Shown here in pieces: positions 12,336 through 25,915 of a stretch of 64,000 nucleotides of DNA. Below the pieces are notes generated by a model. It ran no database searches and was not told the origin of the DNA. It worked only from the letters and a program-made list of their open reading frames with translations. Positions within the stretch are counted from its first letter, which is position 1. Each line of letters begins with the position of its first letter. The stretch is from NCBI GenBank assembly GCA_008632985.1, contig QPGO01000135.1, forward strand, positions 1-64,000, given 5' to 3'. The DNA is from Psammoneis japonica (taxonomy: Eukaryota). The position numbers were made by a program, and so were the translations under genes.

Positions 12336-13848
12336 ATGGATCTGCCCGGGTCAAATTGCGAGTGAGTTGAGGCTCAAATGTTGGTGCTGACAGATTGAGT
12401 CTTCTTGTGCCGCACTGCAGCCTCCATCAAGCATCTTCATTGTTGTGGCAGATGCCGCAGACTGCGGTCCTCATCACTCGTCAAAGCTCGCTTTGTGCTT
12501 GAGCTGAGTTCTGCACTTTGCCCATTTTCCATTTCCTTTTCCCTTCTCAGCTTTGCTTTCCCTTCAGCCTCACCTTTTGGCCTTTGCCCACTGTCCGCTG
12601 CCCGAACCCTGTCAAATTGACACATGTTTTTTTGTTTGGCGGTGTCATTTTTTTTGTCAATTTGTCTGTGGGTGTGTCATTTCCATGCTGACCTGACATT
12701 GGTGCTTGGTGGTGTCACGTTGTCCATGCTCCTCTCTCCCATTTCCTTTTCCCCACTCCCATTTGTCATGTGAGGGAAGGCTTGATCAGCTGGGCTGCTT
12801 GTCTCAGCACTCAAATGCCGAGCATGGCGGTGGCCATCGAGGCTGGCCACATGACAGCGGTCATTGCAGCCTCTGCTGCGATCAAGCAGCTGCGCCCCGG
12901 CGACATTGCAGAAGATCTGGTGCCGATGGTTTGGTTCCTGGACAGAGCAGCCCACCCACATGACTTTCTTGAATTGGCAAAAACAAGTCGGTCCTCAAGC
13001 CCTCCACGGCAGCGCGATCCGTCGCCATGGAACATGAGCTTTCTGCCCAATCGGGCCGACTCATCAAGTCTCGCTCGGCGATCAGACCACTCGATGGGCA
13101 CCCACACTTTTCCCCCGCATTCACCATTGCACCACACTGTCCCAGTTGATCCAGGACAGCAGAACACCAGCGCTGCCATCCCCACCCCGGCCTCAATCAC
13201 TTCCGCCACTTCAGGTTTTTCGTCTGCCCAGATGACTTCATTGGGGCATTGCAAGTCTGGCGATGAAGAAAAAGAGTGATGGTGTTGCTTTGTTTCTTCT
13301 GTCATGCCTGCTTGATCGACATGATGCAGCATGCCTCGCCACTGGACAACACGGCGAGACGTGCATGAGCCTCTTGTGCGTGGCAACGTGGCATTGTCAA
13401 CACACACCTGGGAAGCACGACCACAGGAGGGCGTGGCTCCAGGTCTCAGGCAATTCCAGAAGGATGCTAAGAGAGCATCCGTGTGAAGCACACTGGCCCG
13501 TCGTCTGGCCCACGATGGCAGCGTGATTCCACACGATGACATCACTCGTGCATGGCGCGTGATGGCTTGGTTCGCACGATCCACAATGCGAACGCACGAT
13601 CGATTTGATGCGATCCAAATGCGAACAAACAGGGACTTGGCAAGATTCCCCATTCGCACGATCCCACTTTCTCTGCTCTAAACTGGCTCACAATTTTCAC
13701 AACGACAAAGTCGTAACACATCTTCTTTTCAGCGCCCAGCACATGCATGGGGCACAGCAACATCACTCCCACATGTTGTGCGAGGCAACGAAATCTACAG
13801 AAACGAAACTACGAAATGTTGGCAGGACCAACAAATCTTAAAACGACC

Positions 13849-15285
13849 ATGAAGAAGCGGATTGAGCTGCCGATTCCGTTTGCACGGCCGGAGAAGAAAG
13901 AGCTGCAGCAGGGCGAGCACCAGACGTTCAAGCTGCGTAACAACCCTGCTGATCCGGATGGTCCAATGCACAAGATGGGCATTCCGCACCTTTCTGACGC
14001 GTTCCAGCCCCAGGTGGGACTCCGTGTGACATTTGGCCCGTAGAATTCTACGTGCGAGCTCCGTAGTACGAGAATTTAACCAATGGACATGTTTGTCTTC
14101 AACATCAAATAAACGGCCAAGTTTGTGGTGCAATTGTGCCTCTTGCCACTCGACGTTTTTGCAAATGCACCTGCCCTATGCGATTCTTAAGACATTGTAG
14201 AATCGCGCTGTAACAAAAAATGTCAAAAGTTTTTGGACGGATCGCTCAATGAGTGTACCGTAAAATGACACAAAATGTCAAAAAATCACGTAGAATTCTA
14301 CGTGCGCGACATACGACGAGATTCAAAAAACTGTCGATGTCACAGTTCAGCAGTGCGAGGTCCCACCTAGACCTGGAACGCGTCTTCTACGGCTACATGC
14401 GAGACACTCCCAATCTTTCTGTGCAACGTGGATCGCGTGCACGAAGGACAAAACATGACGACCGGGCCAGTGAAATTTGCCCTCATGCGTGACCTGCTGC
14501 AGGGCGATGCTCTGACGTCATTTGACAATGCCGCTGACAAGCAGGCATCCCAAACCAACGCCACGTGCGCAGCATGCATCGCGAAGCTAAAGGAAAGTGT
14601 CTTCCCACACAGGGCGGCACCTTTGCAGAAGCGTCATCTGAGGCGCTTCATGCGCAAGCCCGCAGAGGTTTCCACTCGTGACTGCATCGCGACGGCTGTT
14701 GAAATTAACGGCTGTGTCTCTCAGTTTCCACCCGTGACGGAGGATGGAGAAGCACTGGCACCATTGCCTGATGACAAACTGTGCGACATGTTCGAGTGCG
14801 GTGTGCCAAACGCATGGCAGAAGTTCATGACGCTACAGAATTTTGACCCGTTGGCGCATGCTGTCGCTGAATTTGTACAGTTCTGCGAGCGCATCGAGCA
14901 GGTCGAGCTTGCCGAAGGCAACCTGGACCAACATGCCAAGGTTCCACGCAAGCGGGGACATAGAACGGACAATCCTGAGTCATTGATCACGACCCAACGG
15001 AACACCCAGAAGTCGTGTGTGCCACACGGGACTGACTGTGGACATCATGCGGAGGATTGCCGTCAGCTCAAGCACCACGTGAAACGTGTCAAGACTGGAC
15101 ATTCCAGTGATGGAGGCAGCAAACCCAACACAAAACCTCAGAATGAGGAAGACATTGATGCTCTCATCGGATCGAAGGTCAAGGAGTTCTTTGCCAATGC
15201 TCAGAAAAAGCGCAAGGCACGTGAGGAGGAGCTCAATCACTTCCGCGACCTCAACACAAGTGATTCCGAAGACTCGGACACCTGA
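13849..15285 (+). pseudogene. gag: Gypsy-A gag interrupted by a MITE
   Basis: FKLRNNP...LLQGDAL..F...VFP.RA...QKRHLRRFMRKP...C..HG..CGH...DC knuckle. Confidence 0.85.
13996..14384. mobile_element. GAC-MITE, subfamily B (young, TA-rich copy)
   Basis: TIRs present; TSD TTCT; empty site at ~27865; perfect palindrome CACGTAGAATTCTACGTG at 14287-14304. Confidence 0.92.
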
Positions 15286-15333
15286 GAAGGGGGCCGACAC
15301 GATGCAGGTGGTTTTAACACATCAGATGAATGC

Positions 15334-18300
15334 ATGAATGAACAACTGAATTACCATCGTACACGTGTTGCAGGCCAATCCCGCAAACGAGTTAAAAAGA
15401 CTCATCTTGCTCCAATCTTGTTTGCAGCCATGAATGCCAAACATGGCAAGGGCAAGACTCAAACCATTGAGGCACCACCAGACAGTGGCGCCAGCAGTGC
15501 TCCACTCAACAGTCGACACTGCAAACGTCTGCGAAGCCATTCAACGGCTGAGACAAACTGGACTACGGTGGCAGGCTCGTTCAGTGCGTCCAACGACTGC
15601 ACCGTTAAATTTCGGTTACCAGAATTGTCCGAAACTGCAGAACTTAAACATGCCGTCCACGCACACAACGGAAAGTTGGGCAAGTGCGACATGATCATTG
15701 GACGTGACATTCTGGAGACACAAGGCATTGACATTGTCTTCTCTAAACAGATGACAGAGTGGCCATTGGTCAATGGAGAAGTGCCAATGAGGCACGCAGA
15801 TGCTGCGGTAGAAACCTCCTTCTATCTTCAAGATCCAGAAGCCTCATCTTCGGAAACCGACCGGATGTCACGCATTTCAGACGCTAAGTGCGCGCTGGCC
15901 TGCCTCAAGGACATAACGCGAGAGGCAATGGGACTTTCTGCAGTTCAACAAAACGACCTTTTGGCACCATTGAAATGCCATGAGTCCTCATTTGATGGGA
16001 CATTGGGAGAATGGAAGGGAGAACCCTGCCACATCCAACTCAAGGAGGGTGTAGAACCACACCACGCTCGTCCATGTAAAGTGCCTCGTGTGCACAAAGC
16101 TGCGCTGCGTAAAGAAGTAGAACGCCTGGCACGCATCGGTGTTCTCAAACGCGTTGACCGATCCCAATGGGCAGCTCCATCATTTGTCATGCCAAAGAAA
16201 GATTTAACGGTGCGCTTCATCAATGATTTGAGAGAGCCAAATGAACGGATCAAGCGATTGCCTCATCCAATTCCTCGTGTCCAAGACATGCCACTTGAGC
16301 TCGAAGGCTTCATGTGGGCCACATCGCTGGATTTAAATGTGGGCCATTGTCACATCCGATTGGACACTGATGGCAAGAAGCTCTGCACGCTCATCTTCCC
16401 GTGGGGCAAGCATGAGATGCAGGCATTGCCCATGGGATCATGCAACTCGCCAGACATTTTCCAAGAACGCATGTCAGGCTTGTTTGAAGATCTGTCGTTT
16501 GTTCGAACGCACTCAGATGACCTTCTCGTTGTGACGAAAGGCACCTGTGAAGATCACCTCAACAAACTTGAAGAAGTTTCATTGAGGGTCCAGAAAGCAG
16601 GGCTAAAAGTCAGTGCAACTAAATCTCACTTCTGTCAAACCCAATTGGAGTGCTTGGGTTGTCTGGTCAACAGAGACGGAGTGCGACCAACACCCAACAA
16701 AGTCGACGCCATTGAGCGAATCGTGACCCCAACCAACAAATGCGACCTGCGCTCATTTGTTGGCATGGTGAGCTGCTGCCGTGACACATGGATTAGACGT
16801 TCTGAAGTCTTGGCTCCGCCAACACGACTCGTAAGCGAGACTGTTGAGTGGGAGTGGACGTCCGTTGAAGACGAGGCGTTCGAAACCGTTAAACGGGTGA
16901 TGTCGGATGATGTTTTGTTGTCACATCCTGATTTTAATGAACCCTTTGAGACACATGCCGATGCCTCTAAATGTCAATTGGGAGCAGTCACATCCCAAGA
17001 CAATGAACCTGTCGCCTTTTACAGCAGAAAGCTCAACAGTGTGCAATTAAATTGTGCAACAACGGAGAGAGAATTGCTCGCCATTGTGGAGACGTTGAAA
17101 GAATTTCGAACAATTCTCCTTGGTCATCGCACAATTACACATGCTGATCATAAAAATCTTACGTGCAAAGCATTCAATGCCGAGCGCGTCATGCGCTGGC
17201 GGTTGATGTGCGAAGAATGCGGTCCCGAATTACGCTGTGTTGAGGGCACCCACAACCCAGTCGCTGACGCTCTTGGTCGCCTTCGACCAGCACCCAGCTT
17301 GCCTTCCGAGGCCAATCCGGATGTAAAAGACACTCCATCGAGTCATCCTTTGCATGAAGCTTTTAATGCAGACGCGCAAGATGAGATGTCTCTGCCTGTT
17401 GGCTTCAAGCGCATTCAAAAAGCACAACAAAAGGACAAGCGCCTGCTCTCACGAGCTGAGGACTCGTCCAACTGCTCCATTCGCGCGCATCGTGGGGGAG
17501 GGTCATCACGACAGTTAATCTGTCATAAGGACAAAATCGCAGTGCCACAGTCATTGCAGGTTCCGCTAACTGAATGGTGCCACGAGACACTGTGTCATCC
17601 AGGTGAGACACGTGCGGAAATGTCTGTTGCCCAGCACTTCTGCTGGCCTGGCATGAGGTCTACGGTGCATTCTACGTGCATCAAGTGCGATCGATGCCAG
17701 AAGACAAAACGCCGAATGCAGCATTGTGGGAAGCCACCAGAAAAGGTCGCAGAGATAATTCCATGGGAGACTCCATGCATGGATGTGACAGGGCCACATA
17801 AAATTCAAAGACGCGGAAAGGACACTTTGCAATTGTGGGCAGTCACAATGATTGACCCAGCAACCGGATGGTTCGAGATTGAAGAAGTGTCTGCGAAACG
17901 CGCAGACGTCGCAGCAAACGTCGTGGAACAAACGTGGCCATGCAGACATCCGTGGCCAACCCAGGTGGTTTATGACCGTGGGACAGAATTTATGGCAGAA
18001 TTCAGCCAGATGATTAAAAATGACTGTGGGATTTTGAAGAAACCCACAAGCAAACAGAATCCACAGGCGAATGCCACAGTGGAACGTGCACACCAGACAC
18101 TTGGCAACATGGTGCGTTCCTTTTCAGCACAGGGTGTGGAACTGGACAAAGATGACCCATGGAGTGGCATCCTCTCCGCAGTGGCCTTTGCCATCAGAGC
18201 TGCGGCACATGCGACCACGCGTGCAAGTCCCATGCAATTGGTCTTCGGACGCGATGCAGTTTCATCTGTTGCCCATCGTGCCAAGTGGAAGCGCGCAAGA

Positions 18301-19462
18301 TGAGATGTCTCTGCCCATTAGCTTCAAGCACATTCAAAAAGCACAACAAAAGGACAAGCGCCTGCTCTTACGAGCTGAGGACTCGTCCGACCACTCCATT
18401 CGCACGCATCATGGGGGAGGGTCATCACGACAGTTAATCTGTCATAAGGACAAAATCGCAGTGCCACAGTCATTGCAGGTTCCGCTAACTGAATGGTGCC
18501 ATGAGACACTGTGTCATCCAGGTGAGACACGCACGGAAACATCTGTTGCCCAGCACTTCTGTTGGCCTGGTGTGAGGTCTACGGTGCATTCTATGTGCGT
18601 TAAGTGCGATCGATGCCAGAAGACAAAACGCCGAACGCAGCATTGTGGGAAGCCACCAGAAAAGGTCGCAGAGACAATTCCATGGGAGACTCCATGCATG
18701 GATGTGACAGGGCCATATAAAATTCAAAGACGCGGAAAGGACACTTTGCAATTGTGGGCAGTCACAATGATTGACCCAGCAACCGGATGGTTCGAGATTG
18801 AAGAAGTGTCTGCGAAACGCGCAGACGTCGCAGCAAACGTCGTGGAACAAACGTGGCCATGCAGACATCCGTGGCCAACCCAGGTGGTTTATGACCGTGG
18901 GACAGAATTTATGGCAGAATTCAGCCAGATGATTAAAAATGACTGTGGGATTTTGAAGAAACCCACAAGCAAACAGAATCCACAGGCGAGTGCCACAGTG
19001 GAACGTGCACACCAGACACTTGGCAACATGGTGCATTCCTTTTCAGCACAGGGTGTGGAACTGGACGAAGATGACCCATGGAGTGGCATCCTCTCTGCAG
19101 TGGCCTTCGCCATTGGAGCTGTGGCACATGTGACCACGCGTGTGAGTCCCATGCAATTGGTCTTCGGACGCAATGCGGTTTCATCTGTTGCCCATCGTGC
19201 CAAGTGGAAGCACATAGAAGCCAGAAAGCAGAAGCTTGTCCACTTGAACAACAAGCGTGAACATCAGAAACGCAAGGAGCATCAATGTGCCGTCGGGCAA
19301 TTGGTGCTTGTCAAACAGGAACAATCCTCTAAATGCGGTTCTGACAGCCATGCAGGACCCGCCAGAGTTGTCCGTGTGTGTGACAATGGCATGTTGCGCA
19401 TCCAGAACAGAGCGCTGATGGATGCGCACAATCTACGGCAGATTGCACCCCATCACCAGCAA
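15334..19462 (+). pseudogene. pol: Gypsy-A pol (protease, RT, RNase H, integrase) with an internal 919-bp duplication
   Basis: PDSGA; DMIIGRD; SLDLNVGHCHI; HSDD (YLDD site); HADAS.CQLG; FYSRKL; ADALGR; H...H...C..C; YDRGTEF; ERAHQTL. Confidence 0.93.
17373..19210 (+). repeat. Tandem duplication (919-bp period) of the integrase region
   Basis: 17402 GCTTCAAGC matches 18321; the junction at ~18291 shifts the frame. Confidence 0.9.
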
Positions 19463-19932
19463 CACATCCTGTCACTCAACGGCCCTGATCATGGGGGAGT
19501 GTGCAGCATGCCTCGCTGCTGGACAACACAGCGAGACCGTGCATGAGCCTCTTGCACGTGGCAACGCAGTGTTGTTAACACGCACCTGGGAAGCATGACC
19601 AAAGGAGGGCGTGGCTCTGGGTCTTAGGCAATTCCAGAAGGATGCCAAGAGAGCATCCGTGTGAAGCACACCAGCCCGTCGTCTGGCCCACGATGGTGGC
19701 GTGATTCCACACGATGACATCACTCATGCACAGCGCATGATGGCTTGGTTCGCATGATCCACAATGCGAACGCACGATCGATTTGATGCGATCCAAATGC
19801 GAACGAATGGGGATTTGGCAAGATTCCCCATTCGCACGATCCCACTTTCTCTACTCTAAACCAGCTCACAATTTTCACATCGACAAAGTCGCAACACATC
19901 TTCTTTTCAGCGCCTGGTGCATGCATGGGGCA

Positions 19933-20328
19933 ATGAAGCTTGGGCACTTGTCTTCCGTGTCTTGCAATCTTCAGAACACTTGCTTCTTGCCAAAGGAGCT
20001 GTTGGAGATCCAGCGGAAAGCAATGTGCACGATTTTCACAAACTGTGGGTGCAATCACAGTGCGAAACATGATGCACTGTTTGGACCATGTGCTCTTGGT
20101 GGAGGTGGCTTTCGTTCATTGGATGTGGAGCAGCAGGGCACATCCCAATGCGCGCAGTTTCTCCGACACTGGCGCAGCTGTGGTCAGCCTCATGTTCTGT
20201 CATGCATTGCAGTGGCGTGGGTGCAGCTTCAGTTGGGCACAGGTGTCAGCTTCTCGCAGGATGTTCAGCCCACACTGCCTCACTCCGAGTCCAAATGGCC
20301 CATGTCTTTGCGATCATTTTTGGCTTGA
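19933..20328 (+). pseudogene. Non-LTR fragment (continues 13236-13324)
   Basis: Homologous to 614-1137. Confidence 0.7.
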
Positions 20329-21975
20329 ATCATTCCTGAGCCACTCAGTCAAGAGTGCCACGAAGCTCTGGTTTTCTGTCAAGCCCAGGAAATGTTTGGT
20401 GATGCCAACAAACAGCAGCTCAACAATGCCGTCCTTGAAGCCAACGACAACTCTTCTGTTGTTTCAGACCAGTCAGCTCCTCTCTGAAGATTCTTCCTTG
20501 CTTTGCTGCATTCTCCATCTGCATCTTTCACAGCGCACCTCATTTCTGCATTTTGTTTCTCTCTTTCAGTTTTGCAAACATTCGCCAAAGTTTGTTTTGC
20601 ACTTGAGCTGAGTTCTGTGCTTCACCTGTTTCCCATTTCCCATTTTCCCTTCAGCCTCACCTTTTGGCCTTTGCCCGCTGTCTGCTGCCCAAACCCAGTC
20701 AAATTGACGCAGAATTTTTTTGTTTGGTGGTGTCATTTTTTTGTCAGTTTGTCTGTGGGTGTGTCATTTCCATGCTGACATGACATTGATTTTTGTGCTT
20801 GGCAGTGTCATGTTGTCCGTGCTCCCCTTTCCCATTTCCTTTTCCCCGCTCCCATTTGTCATGTGAGGGGAGGCTTGATGAGCTGGGCTGCCCGGTTGTT
20901 TCAGCGTTCAAGTGCCAAGCATGGCGGCGGCCATCGAGGAAGGCCACATGATGGTCATCATTGCTGACAGGATTTGAGCAAGATTTCAGTTTGTCGCACA
21001 CAGTCATGTGTGCTCTCAGCTCCGGGCACACCGTGCAATGCAAATTGCTTTCAAGCCACATGGCTCACAAGAACAACAACAGCAGTGCCGACATCACGAC
21101 ACCAGTCTTTCGGCTCCTGCAACAGTCTCCACATGGAGACTCATCTGCCACTCAGACAGCAGCGAGGAGTCACTGTTTTCTTCCACCCAGTCATCTTCAA
21201 CTTCTGTCAGATCAACAGTCTTGCTCATTCTTGTCCACTGAGCGTTCGTCATTGTCATCGAGAAATTTTTTGATGACGTGCACAGCTGGCGGTGGAAGCA
21301 CATGTCTGCCTTCTTCGCTGCTGGATGCTGGATTAAATCCTCACATTTGGTTTTGTCCAACACCTCCCATCATTGCACGTGTTTGTTCAACGGACATTTG
21401 TTTGGTCAGGAATTCCCGAATTCTCAGAAATCTGAGATTCCGGATTCCCCGCAGCAGATTCTGCCCTGGTTGGCAGACAGACCAATCCATCTGCTTGTGC
21501 TCATGTGCGCACGACATGAGCCCTTGACTCTGGCCCTGCTTTGCACACGCCAAGTCCACCATCTTGCATCTGTGCCGGATTGCTGGTCTTCTGCAGTCCT
21601 GCAAGGTCCACGAACATTGGGGCGAGGGCACAGCTCCCGTGTTTGTTCGTCCCTCCACAGTGCCAAATTTGGCCGGCCTGATCGGGTCATCCAACCAACA
21701 CAAAATGAGAACGGTTCGGAGGTCTTGTCCACCTCCAGCTGGCTTGTCAGCAGGGGTTTTTAACCCATTGCTCTGCTCTGAAGCAACCCAAATTGTCGCC
21801 AGCTGCGGGTTCGGACGTGCCGGCACAACTCTGCAGGCAAACGGGATGTCATGGCACGGTGGCTTCTGACTTGCAAGATGGCTCAAGACTTCAAGTCAAG
21901 ACTCAAGCCAAGTTTCAAGTTGTTTCAAGCTCACCTTCCCACTCTGGCCAATCCCGACACTCACCCAGTTGCAAC

Positions 21976-24628
21976 ATGGTTCTGACCAGACAGCAACAAA
22001 TTGATGGCCTTGAGCACATCCTGGGTGCTGTTCTGAATCAAGCCGCAGACAGTCCACTGCACTCCACTCTCAACATTGACAGAACTGACTCGCATCAGGA
22101 CCTCTTTTCTTTTGCTCCTGTGCAACTGGGTGCCTTTGTTTGCAATGACGGTGCCAATCAAATGCCCGACGCGTTCCAGCCCCAGGTGGGAGCTCGCAGT
22201 GCTGACGTGTGACAACAATGATTTTTGTCATCCGTCGTATGTTTCGTACGTAGATTTCCACGTGTGGTTTAAAAAAAATGTCCAGACTCGCTGTTTTGCG
22301 AAACCCCAGACGTTTTACATGACAAATTTATAGAAACAACAATGCGCCAGTTACATTCTTCAATGTCTGAAGAATGTAACTGGCCAAGTAAAAAATGATG
22401 CACTTCAATCATGTGCGAGTTTGTGCATTCGCAAAATTGCCTCATTTTCTGTTGCGATCATTGACATTTTAATTGCCGCACAATTTTGCTACGGAGCTCG
22501 CACGTAGAAGTCTGCGGGCCCAATGTCACACGGATTCCCACCTGCGTCTGGAACGCGTCGCCCTTGCCACATGGCTGCAAAGCACAGAGAGCTGCGCTGA
22601 TTAGCCTGCACATGGCAAAAGTGCGCGGCAGCACCAATGTCAGCAACAACCCCCAATTGTTCACACACGAGGAGTTCACCAACTGTCGTCTCAGTCCTGA
22701 GCACGCAGCGTCCCTCTCCATGGCACAGCACCTTCTGCCCCCATTCCTGGCTTGTTGCCACCCAAACCACATGACCCCATGCGTGACTTGAAACAAGGCA
22801 TCAAACGCAACCCACTCACCTTTGCGCTTCTCAAGTCTGACAAACAGTGGCACACGTGGCACACCTCCATCATTGCACAGGCCCACTCCCACGAAGTTGA
22901 CCGCGTTCTTGATCCGAAGCACAAGCCCTCTGCAGCTGAGGACAAGGCCCTGATCGATGAACAACGGGGGCACATGGTCATTGTGCTCGAATGCATCTTG
23001 CAGAGTGACAAAGGCAAGGCACTCTTTTGTGAACATGTTGGCTCCTCTGATGCTCAAGCAAGCTCTCATCCTGGGCACGGACCATTTCTTGGCTGGACAG
23101 AAACGTGTCATGCTTGAGAACTCTGTTCACCCTGTCGAAGAACTGCGCTTGGCAAAGAATCAGGCCAATCAGTTTCGCGCACAGAATGGCAAGGCCTTCT
23201 TGTGAGCAGTGCCATGGACTCCTGCTTTCTGCCATGGCACAGCACGACAGCACGTTTGCCCCCAAGACGGCTCCTTGTGCTCCGCACCATGCCATGCTGC
23301 GTTGCTGACCCCATTCTGGCTCATCTCACCAGCTGCAAGCCTCTGCCACCCAGTGACTTGCAACGTCTCCTTGCACCTGAGCTGCCTCCTTCCGCCCATT
23401 CTGGAGAGAAACCCCCCGGATCTGTGCCTTCTGTCTGCTCTGACGAGAAGCTTGATGACACTGACATTGAGATCAATGGTCATGAACACCATCATGTCAA
23501 CAACCACAATGTCGTCTGCTCTGCCTCGACCCACAAATCCACTTGCAAAGGCACCCACGTGAATTGCGGTGCAAACAGCGGTGTTGCCGGTGACGATGTT
23601 CATGTCATTGCTCACGCTGGTCACCAGGTTGATGTCAAAGGTGTCGACAATCACCAGCTGGTCGATGTTCCCATTGTCACTGCGGGTGGTGTCATCCACA
23701 CCCAACGTGGCCCCATCATCACCACTCTTCACCAGCATGCCTGCACTGGTGAGGGCAAGACCATGCACTCTTGCGGTCAACTTGAGCGGCACAAACACGA
23801 CATCAATGATCGGCCCATCAAGGTCCCCAGTGGTCTGCAGTGCATCACCACATTGATGGATGTGTCATCCCCATTGACATCAAAGCGGCCTTCTGCACAT
23901 TGCCATGCTCCCACACACTGACGCCAAATGGGACACCTTGCCACACGTCATCCTCACAGGTGACAACACTTGGGACCCATCTGTCCTCAACCACCAGATC
24001 GCCGACAATGAGACGCAGCATGATGCTGCATCTGACCTCCAGGCCAACCCGACTGCCAACCTCTTTGACAAGTTCGGCAACCATCACCACCATCATGTCA
24101 TCAACAATGCCATGCTTGTGGACTCCGTCCTTGATGACCACCTGCTCCCGACGTCCAATTTCTTCTGCAAATGCCATGAGCATGAGATCAATCCAAAGGA
24201 CCCCAACTTTGAGTCTCTGCACCCTTGTTTTGGCTTTCTTCCAAAGGACACTGTCCACCACACTTTTGATTGCATGACGCACAGCACGCACTTGAAAAAG
24301 GTGCACAAGTTGCCCAACCCGGCTCTCAACGTCCACTGATGCAACGAACCCGTTGCCACCAACATGGTGCACTCTGACACCCCCGCTGTTGACTCCAGCT
24401 GCGCCAGTGCCCAGCTCTTTGTTGGCACCAAATCCCTTGTCACGGATGTGTGCGGAGTCAAAACCGACAAGAATTTGTCAACACGCTTGAAGACAACATT
24501 CGCAATCGCCGTGCCCCGCCCAAGCTCATTGGCAACTGTGCTCAAGTTGAGATCAGCAACAAGGTCCTCGGCATCCTCCGTGCCCTCTTGATCCCCAGTT
24601 GGCAAAGCGAGCCTCATCAACAGCACCA
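21976..24628 (+). pseudogene. pol: Copia-2 gag-protease-integrase remnant
   Basis: VNCGANSGVAGDDV (LVDRGANGG-type protease), GKTMHSCGQLE, WDTLPHVILT, PNPALNVH...NEPVAT. Confidence 0.85.
22168..22559. mobile_element. GAC-MITE, subfamily A (young, TA-rich copy)
   Basis: TIRs present; TSD GCCC; empty site at ~2684. Confidence 0.92.
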
Positions 24629-24933
24629 AATGTGAAAATGGTAAAAAAAAAGTAAAAAAAGGCAGAGACAAGGACTCGAACCCTTGGTCTCCAAATTTTT
24701 TTCTTGTTTTGCTTTGTTCCTTTTTTCCCCTTGTTTCCCTTGTTTCCCTCTGTCCCTTTTCCCTTTTTCCCTTGTTCCCTTTGTTTCTTTTTCCCTTTTT
24801 TCCCTTTTTTCTTTTTTCCTTTTTTCCTTTTCCCTGACCCCAACCCAGAAGTGCTCGATGCGACAAGTTCAACGAGAGAGAGTGGAGCGGAGCGAGCTCG
24901 ATCGAGTTGACGTCGCGAGAGCACTTGGTTCTG

Positions 24934-24987
24934 CCTGACCCCAACCCCAACCCCAACCCTGACCCCTGACCCCAACCCCAACCCCAA
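24934..24987 (+). repeat. Eroded (CCCTAA)n telomere-type tract
   Basis: About 9 units, all CCCCAA or CCCTGA types. Confidence 0.75.
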
Positions 24988-25366
24988 ACATGACGGATGG
25001 CACAAAGTGAGGCTTGTTGCCGATGGACACCTCACAGACGTGCCCGTCGACAGCGTCTGTTCCGGAGCAGTGTCTCTTTGCGGCCTGCGAATGATGATCT
25101 TCCTGGCCAAACTCAACAAGCTGGAGACTTGGGCCACCAACAATGGGAGTGCCTGTCTTTGAAGCTGTGACCAAGGAGAAACTGTGCATTGCAGCAGGCC
25201 CCAAATTCAGCAAGCTGGAAGGGCACATCCTTGTCATCCACAAGGCCTTGTGCGGACTCCGCAGCTCTGGCCTCAGATGGCATGAACGCTTTGCCGATTG
25301 CTTGCATGCTGAAGGCTTCTTCCCGCGCAAAGCGAAACCCAACATCTGGCTGCACAGGAATGGTCC
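24988..25366 (+). pseudogene. pol: Copia-2 RT fragment
   Basis: HKALCGLRSSGLRWHERFADCL.AEGFFP.KAKPNIWL. Confidence 0.85.
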
Positions 25367-25586
25367 GTTTGCAATGTGGGATGAGCAAGAGGGTGGCGTG
25401 CCATCCGACCCAGATGCGCGAACTTCTGCAGCTGTCGGGCTTCTCAGAATTGTCCTTCAGCCCACTGGGTTGGCCACCTCAGCCAATTTTCATGCAAGGG
25501 CTCCAACGAACACTGGCAATTGCAGCGATTGCCCATGTGATCACTGCTTTGTTTCATGCCAAGGCACCATTGCACCCCACTGTCCC

Positions 25587-25915
25587 GACGCGTTCCAGCT
25601 CTGGGGTGGGACCTCACACTGCTGAGCTGCGACACAATCGTTTTTGTCATCCGTCGCATGTTTCGCGTGCACATTTCTGTGTGTTCTGTTGTAAAAAATT
25701 GTTCCACACTGCCTGTTTTGTGAAGCCAAATGCTTTCTGTTGTGCGCATCTGTGACAATGAAAATGCGCTGGGTGTGTTCTTTGGTGACTGAAGAATGTG
25801 CCCGGACACACTGCAAAGGGCACATGCATTGCTTGACAATTTCACTGCGGAGCTTGCACGCAGAATTCTGCAGAACCAGTGTCACAAAAAGTCCCACCTG
25901 GGGCTGGAACCCGTC
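25587..25915. mobile_element. GAC-MITE, subfamily C
   Basis: TIRs present; TSD TCCC. Confidence 0.88.

Larger units (their letters stand above)
13325..19932 (+). mobile_element. Gypsy-A LTR retrotransposon, copy 1 (near full length)
   Basis: ~430-bp LTRs at 13325-13754 and 19502-19932; TSD ATGA; PPT ATGGGGGAG; gag-PR-RT-RH-IN order; inserted in a non-LTR fragment. Confidence 0.95.

Noticed and set aside
21540..21975. Defined 5' LTR and PBS for Copia-2
   Set aside because: The position and CAAG-rich leader are suggestive, but no matching 3' LTR or TSD is present to set boundaries.
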